Origin: Antedon mediterranea
Taxonomy: Eukaryota; Animalia; Echinodermata
Assembly (NCBI RefSeq): GCF_964355755.1
Contig: NC_092677.1
Span: 9,384,101 to 9,448,100, forward strand
Direction of reading: 5' to 3'
DNA length: 64,000 nt
Part shown: piece by piece, positions 29,901-40,200 of the stretch
Layout: each line of letters opens with the position of its first letter
Numbering within the stretch: position 1 is the stretch's first letter
Notes under the pieces: model-generated
The model's database searches: none
Told to the model about the DNA's origin: nothing
What the model saw: the letters and a program-made list of their open reading frames with translations, nothing else
Made by a program: the position numbers and the translations under genes

Positions 29901-32900
29901 GAGTAAAACTCAACGATAAAGAATAGGAAACATTTAATAACATGATAAATTACATTTACATAGCAATTTATCACTGTGTTTTACTATAACCAATTTGGTT
30001 AGAGTAAAACACAATGATAAAGAATAGGAAACATTTAATAATATGATAAATTACATTTACATAGCAATTTATCACTGTGTTTTACTATAACCAATTTGGT
30101 TAGAGTAAAACACAATGATAAAGAATAGGAATTTAATAATATGATATATAACATTTACATAGCAATTTAGCACTGTGTTTTACTATAACCAATTTGGTTA
30201 GAGTTAAACACAATGATAAAGAATAGGAAACATTTAAAAATATGATAAATGACATTCACATAGCAATTTAGCACTGTGTTTTACTATACCAATTTGATTA
30301 GAGTAAAACACAATGATAAAGAATATGAAACATTTAATAATATGATAAATTGCTAGCACTGTGTTTTACTATACCAATTTAGTTTTGGATAAAGAATATG
30401 AATTTAAAGAATGGATATAATATGATATGATAAAATATGATTTTCTCCCAATTAGTAAGACATTTTGGAATACTGCGTGCGTAGTGCACCTAACAAGATC
30501 ATGTTCGCTATTTAAAACTCACATTTTAAAACCGTAAACGCATAAATTTGCGGACATACTCGTAAAACACACTTCCAGAGATTTAATAATTTTAACAGTA
30601 CTACAAAATCCATAATATAAAGTAGTATAGATTTGTACAAAAAGAGCAGAACAATTAAATTAACTGTCATTACATCTACTGAACTGTCTCATTACATCTA
30701 CTGAAAAATTCATCGCGATGAATTTATTTATAATACACCAATCAGATCACACGCAATTAGTATGGAATGCCAGTTTAGGCGATGATAAAATCGCGTCGAT
30801 GATGCAATGAAAATTGCGTCGATGTGATGAAAATTGCGTCGATGAATATAGTATTGATGTAATGATGTGATGAACATTGCGTCGATGAAAATTGCGTCGA
30901 TGTAATGAAAATTGCGTTAATGTGATGAAAATTGCGTCGATGAAAACTGCATCGATGAAAACTGCATCGATGAAAAAAAAAAAATTTTCATCGATGCAGT
31001 TTTCATCGATGAAAATTGCGAACTCCCTGCCGGTATGATTTGAATATGATGTCATGGATGCTGGACATCTGAATTTTATGTACTGAACTGGTGGATTAAC
31101 GGAAGCAATTAGCTAGAAGATATAATGTGTCCGAAAGGACAATAATGGATCCATTGCTAAAATGTGTTGACAATAAATCACTAAAATGTTAATCAGTGCA
31201 TATATTTCAACATTGTTTTAGTGCGCGCTCACTGTGCGCTTGTCTATAACGTGCGCTAGCGCAAGCGGTAAACATGTTTATCATATCAAAATATTCAGAA
31301 ACCGTCAATTTTTAGCAACATAATAACATTATTAACATCATTATTAACATCATCATTTACTTTACTAGTAGTCATTTTCATCATTGATTGAATTAAAACC
31401 ATTTGGAATTTTCATAATCAATTAAATTCATCACATCAATTTTCATCGATGCAGTTTTCATCGACGCAATTTTCATCGATGCAGTTTTCATCGACGCAAT
31501 TTTCATCGACGCAATTTTCATCGATGCAATTTTCATCGACGCAATGTAAATTGCGTCGACGCAATCTACATTGCATCGACGCAATCTACATTGCGTCGAT
31601 GCAATTTTCATCGACGCAATTTCATCATCGACGCAATTTTTATCATCGCCAAAAACTTGTGTAAAACGGCGTTCCATAAGTGACGAATCGCATATTCGCC
31701 GTTTATTGTTGAGGCGCGTAAACAGTGTGCGCAATGCACGTTTTCTTCCCATGACGAGACGAATCGATATTCGACTCTTCGTGTGACGAATAATTGCCAA
31801 ATTATAATTAATATAATTAATTAATGAAATAAGATACGCAGTTGATGTTTGCATCAATTGTTCTTTAGAATAAATACTTTCGAAATACAAAACAAAAAAT
31901 GTGTGGTGAGTGACGATATGTTCAATCATGGACCTATAAATTACTAATTTATAGGTCCATGATTCAATATCTGTAGCTTCAATTCAAACATAATGTAACA
32001 GAAAATTCGAAGCGTAAAAAACGTTCGTTTACACAACACTTTTTTTTATACTTTATTATTGATTATTATATTATACAGGAATACTATTTATTTCCTCATT
32101 TCTACCCAAGAATAAAAAATTTTTGGATACAAAACTTTATGCATGTGAATTACATTACCAAAATATTAAAATGAGGATAAAAAAACATCGCGTAAAATAC
32201 TCGTACTCAAAAGCTTCTGAAATTTGTAGATATATGTCATGAAAAAGAAATTTGACATTCCCAATAATTTTTTTGGGTAAAAATGTAATATATGAAACAT
32301 ACAATTTACATAGTTTATCATTGTTTTTTATTAGAACCAATATGGTTACACAGTTAAACATAGTGATAAAGAATAGATACTTGTTAGGTTACTACCCTAC
32401 CCTCTAGTTTGAAGCGACATTATAAATTCATCGAGAAAAAAAACGTATCGTATTCAGAAACGTTTGAAATTTTGTATAGATATGTTCAATAAGACAAAAC
32501 AAATTATAAATTTCAAGACAAATCGATGATTTCCATTATTTGCATTTCTAAAAATTCACACTTATGAAAGACCATACATTTTCAACATTTCCTTTTTTCT
32601 GTGTACCGAGTTTAGAAACTTTTTGAATACCAGACGTATTTTTTTGTGATGCTTTTTCATTTGAATTGTAGTATAAAATGCCATTGAAACGAGATAAAAA
32701 TCATACAAGACATGTTATAATAGGTTGCTCTATATACATAACAAAATTAGTTCTTTTTTTTGGTAAGAATCGCCAATGAAGTAGAAAGTTATTTCAGATG
32801 TAGTGTGCATTTATACGTCATTAATAGTAGGCCTAAAATATAATATTAAATATTATAAAGAATATCAAACATTTTATGTTATGAAAAATAAAATTTACAT

Positions 32901-35900
32901 ATAAGTTTATCATTGTGTTTTACTATAACCATTTTGGTTAAAAGTTAAACACAGTGAGTGATAAAGAATAGAACTGTTTTAGTTTATTTAACCCTAACCC
33001 TAGTTTGAAGCGATCACATATTTAATATTCATCGCTAAAAATACGTATCGTCTTGAAAAACGTTTGATATTTGGTAGATATGTTCAATATAGGTTCTTAC
33101 ATCTATAATGCAAAAGAAATATCCTAATAGTTTTATTTTGATTTCTGAGAATCATCAATGAAGTAAAAATGTGTTGGAAATGTATTGTCTTTCATAAGTG
33201 TAAATGTTTAGAAATGCAAATGATTAAAATCACGAATTTGTCTTGAAACTTTTATTTTTTGTTTGTTTTATAGAAGTAAGAAGCTATTGAACATATTTAC
33301 CAAATTTCAAATGTTTCTGAATACGATACGTATTTTTTCGCGATGAATTAAGTATGTGATCGCTTCAAACTAGGGTTAGAGTTATATAACCTAAAACAGT
33401 GTCTATTCTTTATCACTGTGTTTATTATTACATTATATGTATCCTATAATGTAATATGAAAAATAAAATGTACATAGTTTATCATTGTGTTGTACTAAAA
33501 CCAATTTGGTTAAAAGTTAAACACAGTGTTAAAGAATGGAACTGTTAGGTTATTTAACCCTAACCCTAGTTTGAAGCGATCACATACTTAATTCATCGAT
33601 AAAAATACGTATCGTCTTAAAAACGTTTGAAATTTGGTACATGTTCAATATAGGTTCTTACATCTATAATGTAAAAGAAATATCATAATTTGTTTTATTT
33701 TGATTTCTGGGAATCATCAATGAAGTAAAAATGTATGGTATTTCATAAGTGTACATTTTTAGAAATGTAAATTATTAAAATCACGAATTTTTTGTGAAAT
33801 TTATATTTTTTGTTTGTTTTATAGACGTAAGAACCTATTAAACATATCTAACAAATTTCAAAAGTTTCTAAATACGATACGTACTTTTTCGCGATGAATT
33901 TATTATGTCGCTTCAAACTAGGGTTAGGGTTATATAACCTAAAACAGTATCTATTCTTTATCACTGTGTTTAACTGTGTCACCAAATTGGTTCTGTAAAA
34001 GTAATAAACTATGTAACTTGTATTTATTATATTATTACATTATATGTATCCTATTCTTTTCATAACGTTTAGATAATAAGATATGTTTAATATAATATTT
34101 TGCTATGTAAATAACATCATATAATAAATGTTTCATTATCATTGTGTTTTACTGTAACCAAATTGGCTATAGTAAAACACAATACTAAATTTGTATGTAA
34201 ATGTATCATATTATTATATGTTTCCTATTCTTTATTTGTGTTTTACTGTATCCAGCACAGTGCTAAATATCATTTATCATAGTTAAAATGTTTTACTCTA
34301 ACCAAATTGGTTATAGTAAAACACAGTGATAAATTACTATGTAAATGTCATTTATCATATTATTAAATGTTTCCTATTCTTTATCATTGTGCTTTACTCT
34401 AATCAAATTGGTTATAGTAAAACACAGTGCTAAATTTCTATGTGAATGTCATTTATCATGTTATTAAATGTTTCCTATTCTTTATCATTGTGTTTTACTC
34501 TAACCAAATTGGTTATAGTAAAACACAGTGCTAAATTGCTATGTAATGACATTTATCATATTATTAAATGTTTCCTATTCTATATCATTGTGCTTTACCA
34601 TAACCAAATTGGTTATAGTAAAACATTGTGCTAAATTGCTAGCTATGTAAATAATCATTATTATTAAATGTTTCCTATTCTTTGTCATTGTGTTTTACTT
34701 TAACCAAATTGGTTATAGTAAAACACAGTGCTAAATTGCTATGTAATGACATTTATCATAATTATTATTAAATGTTTCCTATTCTATATCATTGTGCTTT
34801 ACCATAACCAAATTGGTTATAGTAAAACATGGTGCTAAATTGCTATGTAAATAATCATTATTATTAAATGTTTCCTATTCTATATCATTGTGCTTTACCA
34901 TAACCAAATTGGTTATAGTAAAACACAGTGATAAATTGCTATGTAAATGTCATTTATCATATTATTAAATGTTTCCTATTCTATATCATTGTGCTTTACC
35001 ATAACCAAATTGGTTATAGTAAAACACAGTGCTAAATTGCTATGTGAATGTCATTTATCAAATTATTAAATGTTTCCTATTCTTTATCATTATGTTTTAC
35101 TTTAACCAAATTGGTTATAGTAAAACACAGTGCTAAATTGCTATGTAAATGTCATTTATCATATTATTAAATGTTTCCTATTCTATATCATTGTGCTTTA
35201 CCATAACCAAATTGGTTATAGTAAAACACAGTGCTAAATTGCTATGTAAATGTCATATATCATATTATTAAATTCCTATTCTTTATCATTCTGCTTTACT
35301 TTAACCAAATTGGTTATAGTAAAACACAGTGCTAAATTGCTATGTAAATGTCATTTATCATATTATTAAGTGTTTCCTATTCTTTATCATTGTGTTTTAC
35401 TTTAACCAAATTGGTTATAGTAAAACACAGTGCTAAATTGCTATGTAAATGTCATTTATCAAATTATTAAATGTTTCCTATTCTATATCATTGTGTTTTA
35501 CTCTAACCAAATTGGTTATAGTAAAACACAGTGCTAAATTGCTATGTGAATGTCATATATCATATTATTAAATGTTTCCTATTCTTTATCATTATGTTTT
35601 ACTATAACCAAATTGGTTATAGTAAAACACAGTGCTAAATTGCTATGTAAATAATCATTATTATTAAATGTTTCCTATTCTTTATCATTGTGTTTTACTC
35701 TAACCAAATTGGTTATAGTAAAACACAGTGCTAAATTTCTATGTAAATGTCATATATCATTATTATTAAATTCCTATTCTTTATCATTCTGCTTTACTTT
35801 AACCAAATTGGTTATAGTAAAACACAGTGCTAAATTGCTATGTAAATGTCATTTATCATATTATTAAGTGTTTCCTATTCTTTATCATTGTGTTTTACTT

Positions 35901-36852
35901 TAACCAAATTGGTTATAGTAAAACACAGTGCTAAATTGCTATGTAAATGTCATTTATCAAATTATTAAATGTTTCCTATTCTATATCATTGTGTTTTACT
36001 CTAACCAAATTGGTTATAGTAAAACACAGTGCTAAATTGCTATGTGAATGTCATATATCATATTATTAAATGTTTCCTATTCTTTATCATTGTGTTTTAC
36101 TCTAACCAAATTGGTTATAGTAAAACACAGTGCTAAATTGCTATGTGAATGTCATATATCATATTATTAAATGTTTCCTATTCTTTATCATTGTGTTTTA
36201 CTCTAACCAAATTGTTTATAGTAAAACACAGTGCTAAATTGCTATGTAAATGTCATTTATCATATTATTAAATGTTGCCTCTTCTATATCATTGTGTTTT
36301 ACTCTAACCAAATTGGTTATAGTAAAACACAGTGATAAATTGCTATGTAATGACATTTATCATATTATTAAATGTTTCCTATTCTTTATCATTGTGTTTT
36401 ACTCTAACCAAATTGGTTATTGTAAAACACAGTATATTTTACCTACAAAATCGCCGCAAAATTGTTTATACGTTTATTTTGATTGGCTAACTAAAGTACG
36501 GTTTAATGAATATTGATATCAGAAGATTCCCTAGCTTAGTGAAAAAGTTTTATTACCAAAAATATGCTGATTACGTCACTACCGGAAGTTGTAGTCTAGC
36601 ATGATGCAGACGCAATTGATTATGTACGTTTGTTAAACATATAAAAAGCTGTAAATTACCACAAAACGACAATAGGAAAGAATTCAAAGAAATGCCCTAC
36701 GTGTTCAAAATCATTGTTTTAATATAGTCTGTATGTATAACTAACAATTGACCTTGTGGAAGAGCGTATAAATTTAATTTAAAGTAAAACATGATTTACT
36801 CGCCAATTTGGTATTGGATATATAGCTCTTTCTCGAACATGTAAGCTGCCAT
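23934..36852 (-). CDS. OXA1L: Mitochondrial inner membrane insertase OXA1L; inferred exon 1 is split by an 8.2-kb foldback insertion
   Basis: Well-supported exons: 27365-27183, 26718-26517, 26233-26090, 25528-25443, 25049-24885, 24674-24570, 24362-24200, 24118-23934. Motifs [72 protein letters not shown]. Inferred exon 1 = 36852-36829 joined to 28620-28564 (MAAYMFEK|[19 protein letters not shown]), with a phase-0 donor AAG|gtacat matching phase-0 exon 2. Gene identity is high confidence; the exon 1 assignment is about 0.7. Confidence 0.88.
25115..25400. repeat. Tandem repeat, ~69-bp unit, about 4 copies
   Basis: CCATGAAAAGAACAAGAGGAAATATATGTTTTAACACTACAGCCAGCCCCTTT(C/G)AGGGGACACTTT repeated. 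Confidence 0.8.
25651..25953 (-). mobile_element. tRNA-derived CORE-like SINE with an L2-type 3' tail
   Basis: Minus strand: GGGCGTGTGGTGCAG...GGTTTGAATCC (A/B boxes), TGTATCCTTAGGCAAGATACTTTA...CTCTCCACCCAGGTGTATAAATGGGTAC core, AGCGCTTAGAG...GGCACTATATAAAT...(TAT)n tail. Confidence 0.7.
27505..28037 (+). mobile_element. Kolobok-like element, family B, copy 3 (internal deletion, right end truncated) in OXA1L intron 1
   Basis: TTAA|AGGCCAAGTGCGGG...; colinear with copy 1 except for a deletion near 27880 and loss of the last few bases. Confidence 0.78.
28663..28812 (-). promoter_or_regulatory. Candidate element-borne outward promoter (two CCAAT boxes) and in-frame ATG for OXA1L
   Basis: CAACCAATCAG (near 28803) and CAGCCAATCAG (near 28762) on the minus strand, upstream of aaaacATG at 28665, which is in frame with OXA1L exon 1. 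Confidence 0.5.
28850..30400 (+). repeat. Tandem array, about 15 copies of a 101-bp unit with an internal 39-bp palindrome (left arm of the foldback)
   Basis: Unit ...GCACTGTGTTTTACTATAACCAATTTGGTTAGAGTAAAACACAATGATAAAGAATAGGAAACATTTAATAATATGATAAATTACATTTACATAGCAATTTA; period 101 (CCAAT at 29081 and 29182). Confidence 0.95.
30761..31678. mobile_element. Nested non-autonomous TIR element with 15-bp subterminal repeats and a 2-bp TSD (possibly CMC/EnSpm-type)
   Basis: Ends TATGGAATGCC.../...GGCGTTCCATA, flanked by AG on both sides; arrays of TCGATGAAAATTGCG (30780-31020) and its reverse complement (31435-31650). Confidence 0.7.
31927..31961. mobile_element. P-element-type excision footprint (17+1+17 bp palindrome)
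   Basis: CATGGACCTATAAATTA-C-TAATTTATAGGTCCATG, a perfect inverted repeat, between near-identical 7-mers GTTCAAT and ATTCAAT. Confidence 0.65.
32870..34060. repeat. Two tandem ~570-bp palindromic modules, plus a degenerate half copy at about 32270-32580, in the centre of the foldback
   Basis: TTTAACCCTAACCCTAGTTTGAAGCGATCACATA...ATACGTATCG near 32990 and 33555, with reverse complements near 33320-33390 and 33870-33940. Confidence 0.75.
34090..36432 (-). repeat. Tandem array, about 23 copies of the same ~101-bp unit in inverted orientation (right arm of the foldback)
   Basis: Unit is the reverse complement of the left-array unit (TAAATGTTTCCTATTCTTTATCATTGTGTTTTACTCTAACCAAATTGGTTATAGTAAAACACAGTGCTAAATTGCTATG); copies degrade toward the interior. 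Confidence 0.95.
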
Positions 36853-37234
36853 TTTGTTGTTTAAAAGGTCACGAAAACATCTAAAATAAACATATTATCT
36901 ACTTTTGAAAAATATTTATTTATCACTTTGTTTAAAATAAATAATATAATTTATTAAACAGAGTTTATATTTATTTAATTACTATTATTTAAAATTTTAA
37001 ATGTAACTAATAATATTTGTTTTAAAATTAATATATTGGTGATATGCCTATTCAGCAAACGCCGCCCTCAATTGTTGGAAACGAAATACAAAATTAAAAC
37101 CCCGTGAAAAACGAAGGAGGAAGATCGTGTTGTTGTCTGCTGCTGCTCTCGCGAACAACAAACTTCTTTTTAGTCTTGGCCTAGCGAATTTACAATTTAT
37201 TTACAGTTAATGTTATAGGCCAATATCTTTCAAA
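36853..37234. promoter_or_regulatory. Ancestral bidirectional promoter of OXA1L and SLC7A6OS
   Basis: 382 bp between divergent ATGs (36852 minus strand, context aacaaaATGGCAGC; 37235 plus strand, context ttcaaaATG); a TCTCGCGA(A) palindrome near 37147 resembles a known housekeeping-promoter motif. Confidence 0.6.
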
Positions 37235-40200
37235 ATGACAACCCTTGTTCGTGTTAAAAGAAAGCATACCGATGATCCTGTTGAAGCCCTGATTTTGTCG
37301 TGTAAGCGGGCGAAGAAAGGACAGACGACAACAACAAGTGGAGCAAAGGCTTCTGCCTCGTCCAAAAGTTTATCAAGTGAGGTGAAAAATGTGTTCCGAT
37401 TTGCGGGAACAGTGGCAGAGAAGGTAAATTATAAACATGTGTTGTTGATAAATAATTGTATGTACATTAATAATTATTATTGTTTTCAAATGTTATTAAA
37501 AGACTAATAAAATAAACCTTTTCTTTCTACAGATTTTAAGCCTGTTTTCCAGTCGACGTTGAGTTTTGTTGCATTAAAGCCTGGTTTCCATAAAATCGCT
37601 ACACGACAGAGCGTAGCGATTCTATGGAAACGCTAGAATTTATCGGGGATCTAGTACGCGAGCGCTAAATATTCTTTGGTACGCGTATACTATTCATCGC
37701 CGACAAAATCGGCAAAGTTGAACATGGTTGAACTTTGCCGATTTTACTGCGATGAATCGGGGAGCCTTCCCGATTGCGTCGGCGACATCTGTGCGTGTAG
37801 CGATTTTAATGGAAACGCTGTAGCGATTTTAATGGAAACCAGGCTTAACCAAAAAGGGGGAAAAATAATTGCTAAGAATCATAATCTGCAATCATTAAAG
37901 CTGCGTGTGGTCGACCCAGCAACAATTACACCAAGGAAACCAAGAATGATCGCTTAAATTTCTACTTTATTCTTTACTTTAACGATTTAAAAAAAAACTC
38001 AATGCAGCTCAACGTCGACTGGAAAACGGGTTTTAACAAAATTTCATAATAAGCCCTACCTTCATTCTTTATTAAAACTAATCAACTATACATGGATTTT
38101 AATTTCAATTACATCATGCCAATTAGGCCTAATTTTTGTACTTCGTATCCAATTACCATTAATGATTGGACACGTGCCTCGTTTAATAATTATTATCCCT
38201 TACCCACACATTAATAATTTAAATAAACATTCAAAATCCAATAACTGATATCTTCATATAGTTATTACAACCCGTAAGGCTATTCTAATCTTTGTCGATG
38301 AGAATGTAAGGCCTCCGCTCCTCACTCCATGCCTCCTTGATACAAACAAAAATCCCTCAAGTCGATGGTGAGAAAAGATGATGATGAGTAAAGCTACTCA
38401 ATTAAGATGATAGTTTAAAAAAAAGTACAGATGGGTTTCGAAGTCTGGCCTAATGTTACATTGAGCACTGACATTCAGCCATCCAATTATGCACTGTAAA
38501 ATTGATTTTAAAATAAATGCGAAAATAATTGAAAATCCCTGTATACTTTATAGGAAGCCTTTGATGCGAAAAACATAGAAACTAGTTATGTCATGTTAAT
38601 TTGTTTTGTTGATGATGCCGGGACATTATGATGCTTCCTCACTCCATTACTTGACAAAGTTTATAGTGGCTGCATTCTAGGTCAAGAAAACACTATTTGT
38701 AGGTCCTAGGTTGTTGAAAATAAAAATCTCCTTTTGGTCATTGCAAATCAAAAGCTCCTACTGTATTGTAAACTTTTTTAGGATACACACTTTTTCACTC
38801 ATTCAGTGAACTTAATGTAAAGAACAGAAAATGTATTGTACAAATGTGACCTATTGCCAGCAGCCATTTAGTAATTATCCTACATTTTAGCAACAAATAA
38901 TTCCAGCAAAGAAAATATAGAACAATAGATGAATACTGGAATATTACAGTAGGTTTGAGGTTTTTCAGTTGAATTTGTTACAATAAACATCAATAATATT
39001 AATAATTAATAATTAAAAAGTTTTCTAACTAATAAAAAAACTGATTGGTGTTTTTCGCAAGGCTGTTTTTGCTTACAGTACTTAACTGTTTAAAAATTTA
39101 TTTAAAAAACAAAAAGAAGAAAGAAAAAAAGTATAAAACTGAATTTCAAAATTCAGCTGTTAAAAATTGTTTTTCTTTTACCAATATTTGATCCCTATGT
39201 AGTGTTGTGCATTCAAACCCAATTTAGTTGAATGTCAAATTATTAAATAATACTAATTTTAAATAATACTTAAATTCTGTTAATCCATTGAGGTTTTTAC
39301 AGATTACCTGTGAAAATAACTTACTATATTTAGAAACTTATTTTGGCAACTCCATCAATTCTGTCTGTTTTGTCTATTATAAAGTCCAGTTTCTACTTTG
39401 AAAACATGAAACATAATTAATACTCAGTAATACAGAACAATATAATGGATACTGTAATATTTATAAGCCATGTTGTTTGGTTTCAGAATTTATTTATGGC
39501 TATTTTATTGCTAGTTCATGACCATTGCAAAGTGATTGTATTTCATTTAATATCAATTTGAAGTGTGAGTTAACTAATAAATTTCAAATGACCTGTCCAG
39601 AATAACACATATAAAACAAATGTAAAGTGACAAATACGATATACGCAGGTTCATGAAATGTATTTTAGGTTGTGTGTTGCTTTTGTCAATGCAGAATTTG
39701 TTTATCACCATTTACAATGGTTACTGGTAATATGTTATGATTGTACACATGCTTGATATCTTTCTTGATTGTAACACACTTATGATAAACATTAATTAAT
39801 GTGGCTTAAATTGTTTCAATAATCAATAATATTTACCATATACCAACGATTACATAAAAGTTGAAATAAGAGAAGAGGTATTTCACATATTGCGTCCACA
39901 ATTTCTAGCGAGTACCCAGTGATACCTAATACCAAGTACTGTATACTGATTTTCACTCAATTTAAATGAAGAGTTCAGGTTCGTTTCCATTCCTCTTTCA
40001 CTATAATACTGTAGGTTGCCACTAAGCATTAGTTTGTAGTAGATCAAGACTATTTTAATTGTAGATAATCTACCCCAAAAAATGTTTTGACGGTTTCTTG
40101 TTGAGGCTGTCTTTAATTGCCTATTGTTACTTAGTAGCTCCAATTGTTACCAGTTCATTAGAAGGACAAGGCTTTTTGTATAGCAAACGCAGCCATTGAT

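Larger units (their letters stand above)
28628..36828. mobile_element. 8.2-kb non-autonomous foldback-type DNA transposon (superfamily uncertain; a 7-bp TSD and a CA end recall P/Galileo)
   Basis: Left end CAGGTATATAAACTATACCAAACTGGCGAGTAAATCATGTTTTACTTT versus the reverse complement of the right end GAGCTATATATCCAATACCAAATTGGCGAGTAAATCATGTTTTACTTT (42/48 identical). Flanked by direct repeat TTTCTCG (28621-28627 and 36829-36835). Oppositely oriented tandem arrays inside; no transposase ORF seen. Confidence 0.85.

Noticed and set aside
30747-31929. ORFs of 102-178 aa (e.g. SMKIA repeats)
   Set aside because: They are translations of the 15-bp subterminal repeats of a nested element, not a transposase.
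32988-33935. Interstitial telomere or chromosome-fusion site
   Set aside because: Only two hexamer repeats per site, embedded in a longer duplicated module.
28850-36432. CRISPR-like array of palindromic repeats
   Set aside because: The sequence between palindromes is itself repeated (no unique spacers), there are no cas genes, and the context is a spliced eukaryotic genome.
37676-37957. 93-aa ORF in the SLC7A6OS intron
   Set aside because: It lies within nested MITEs and shows no transposase motifs.
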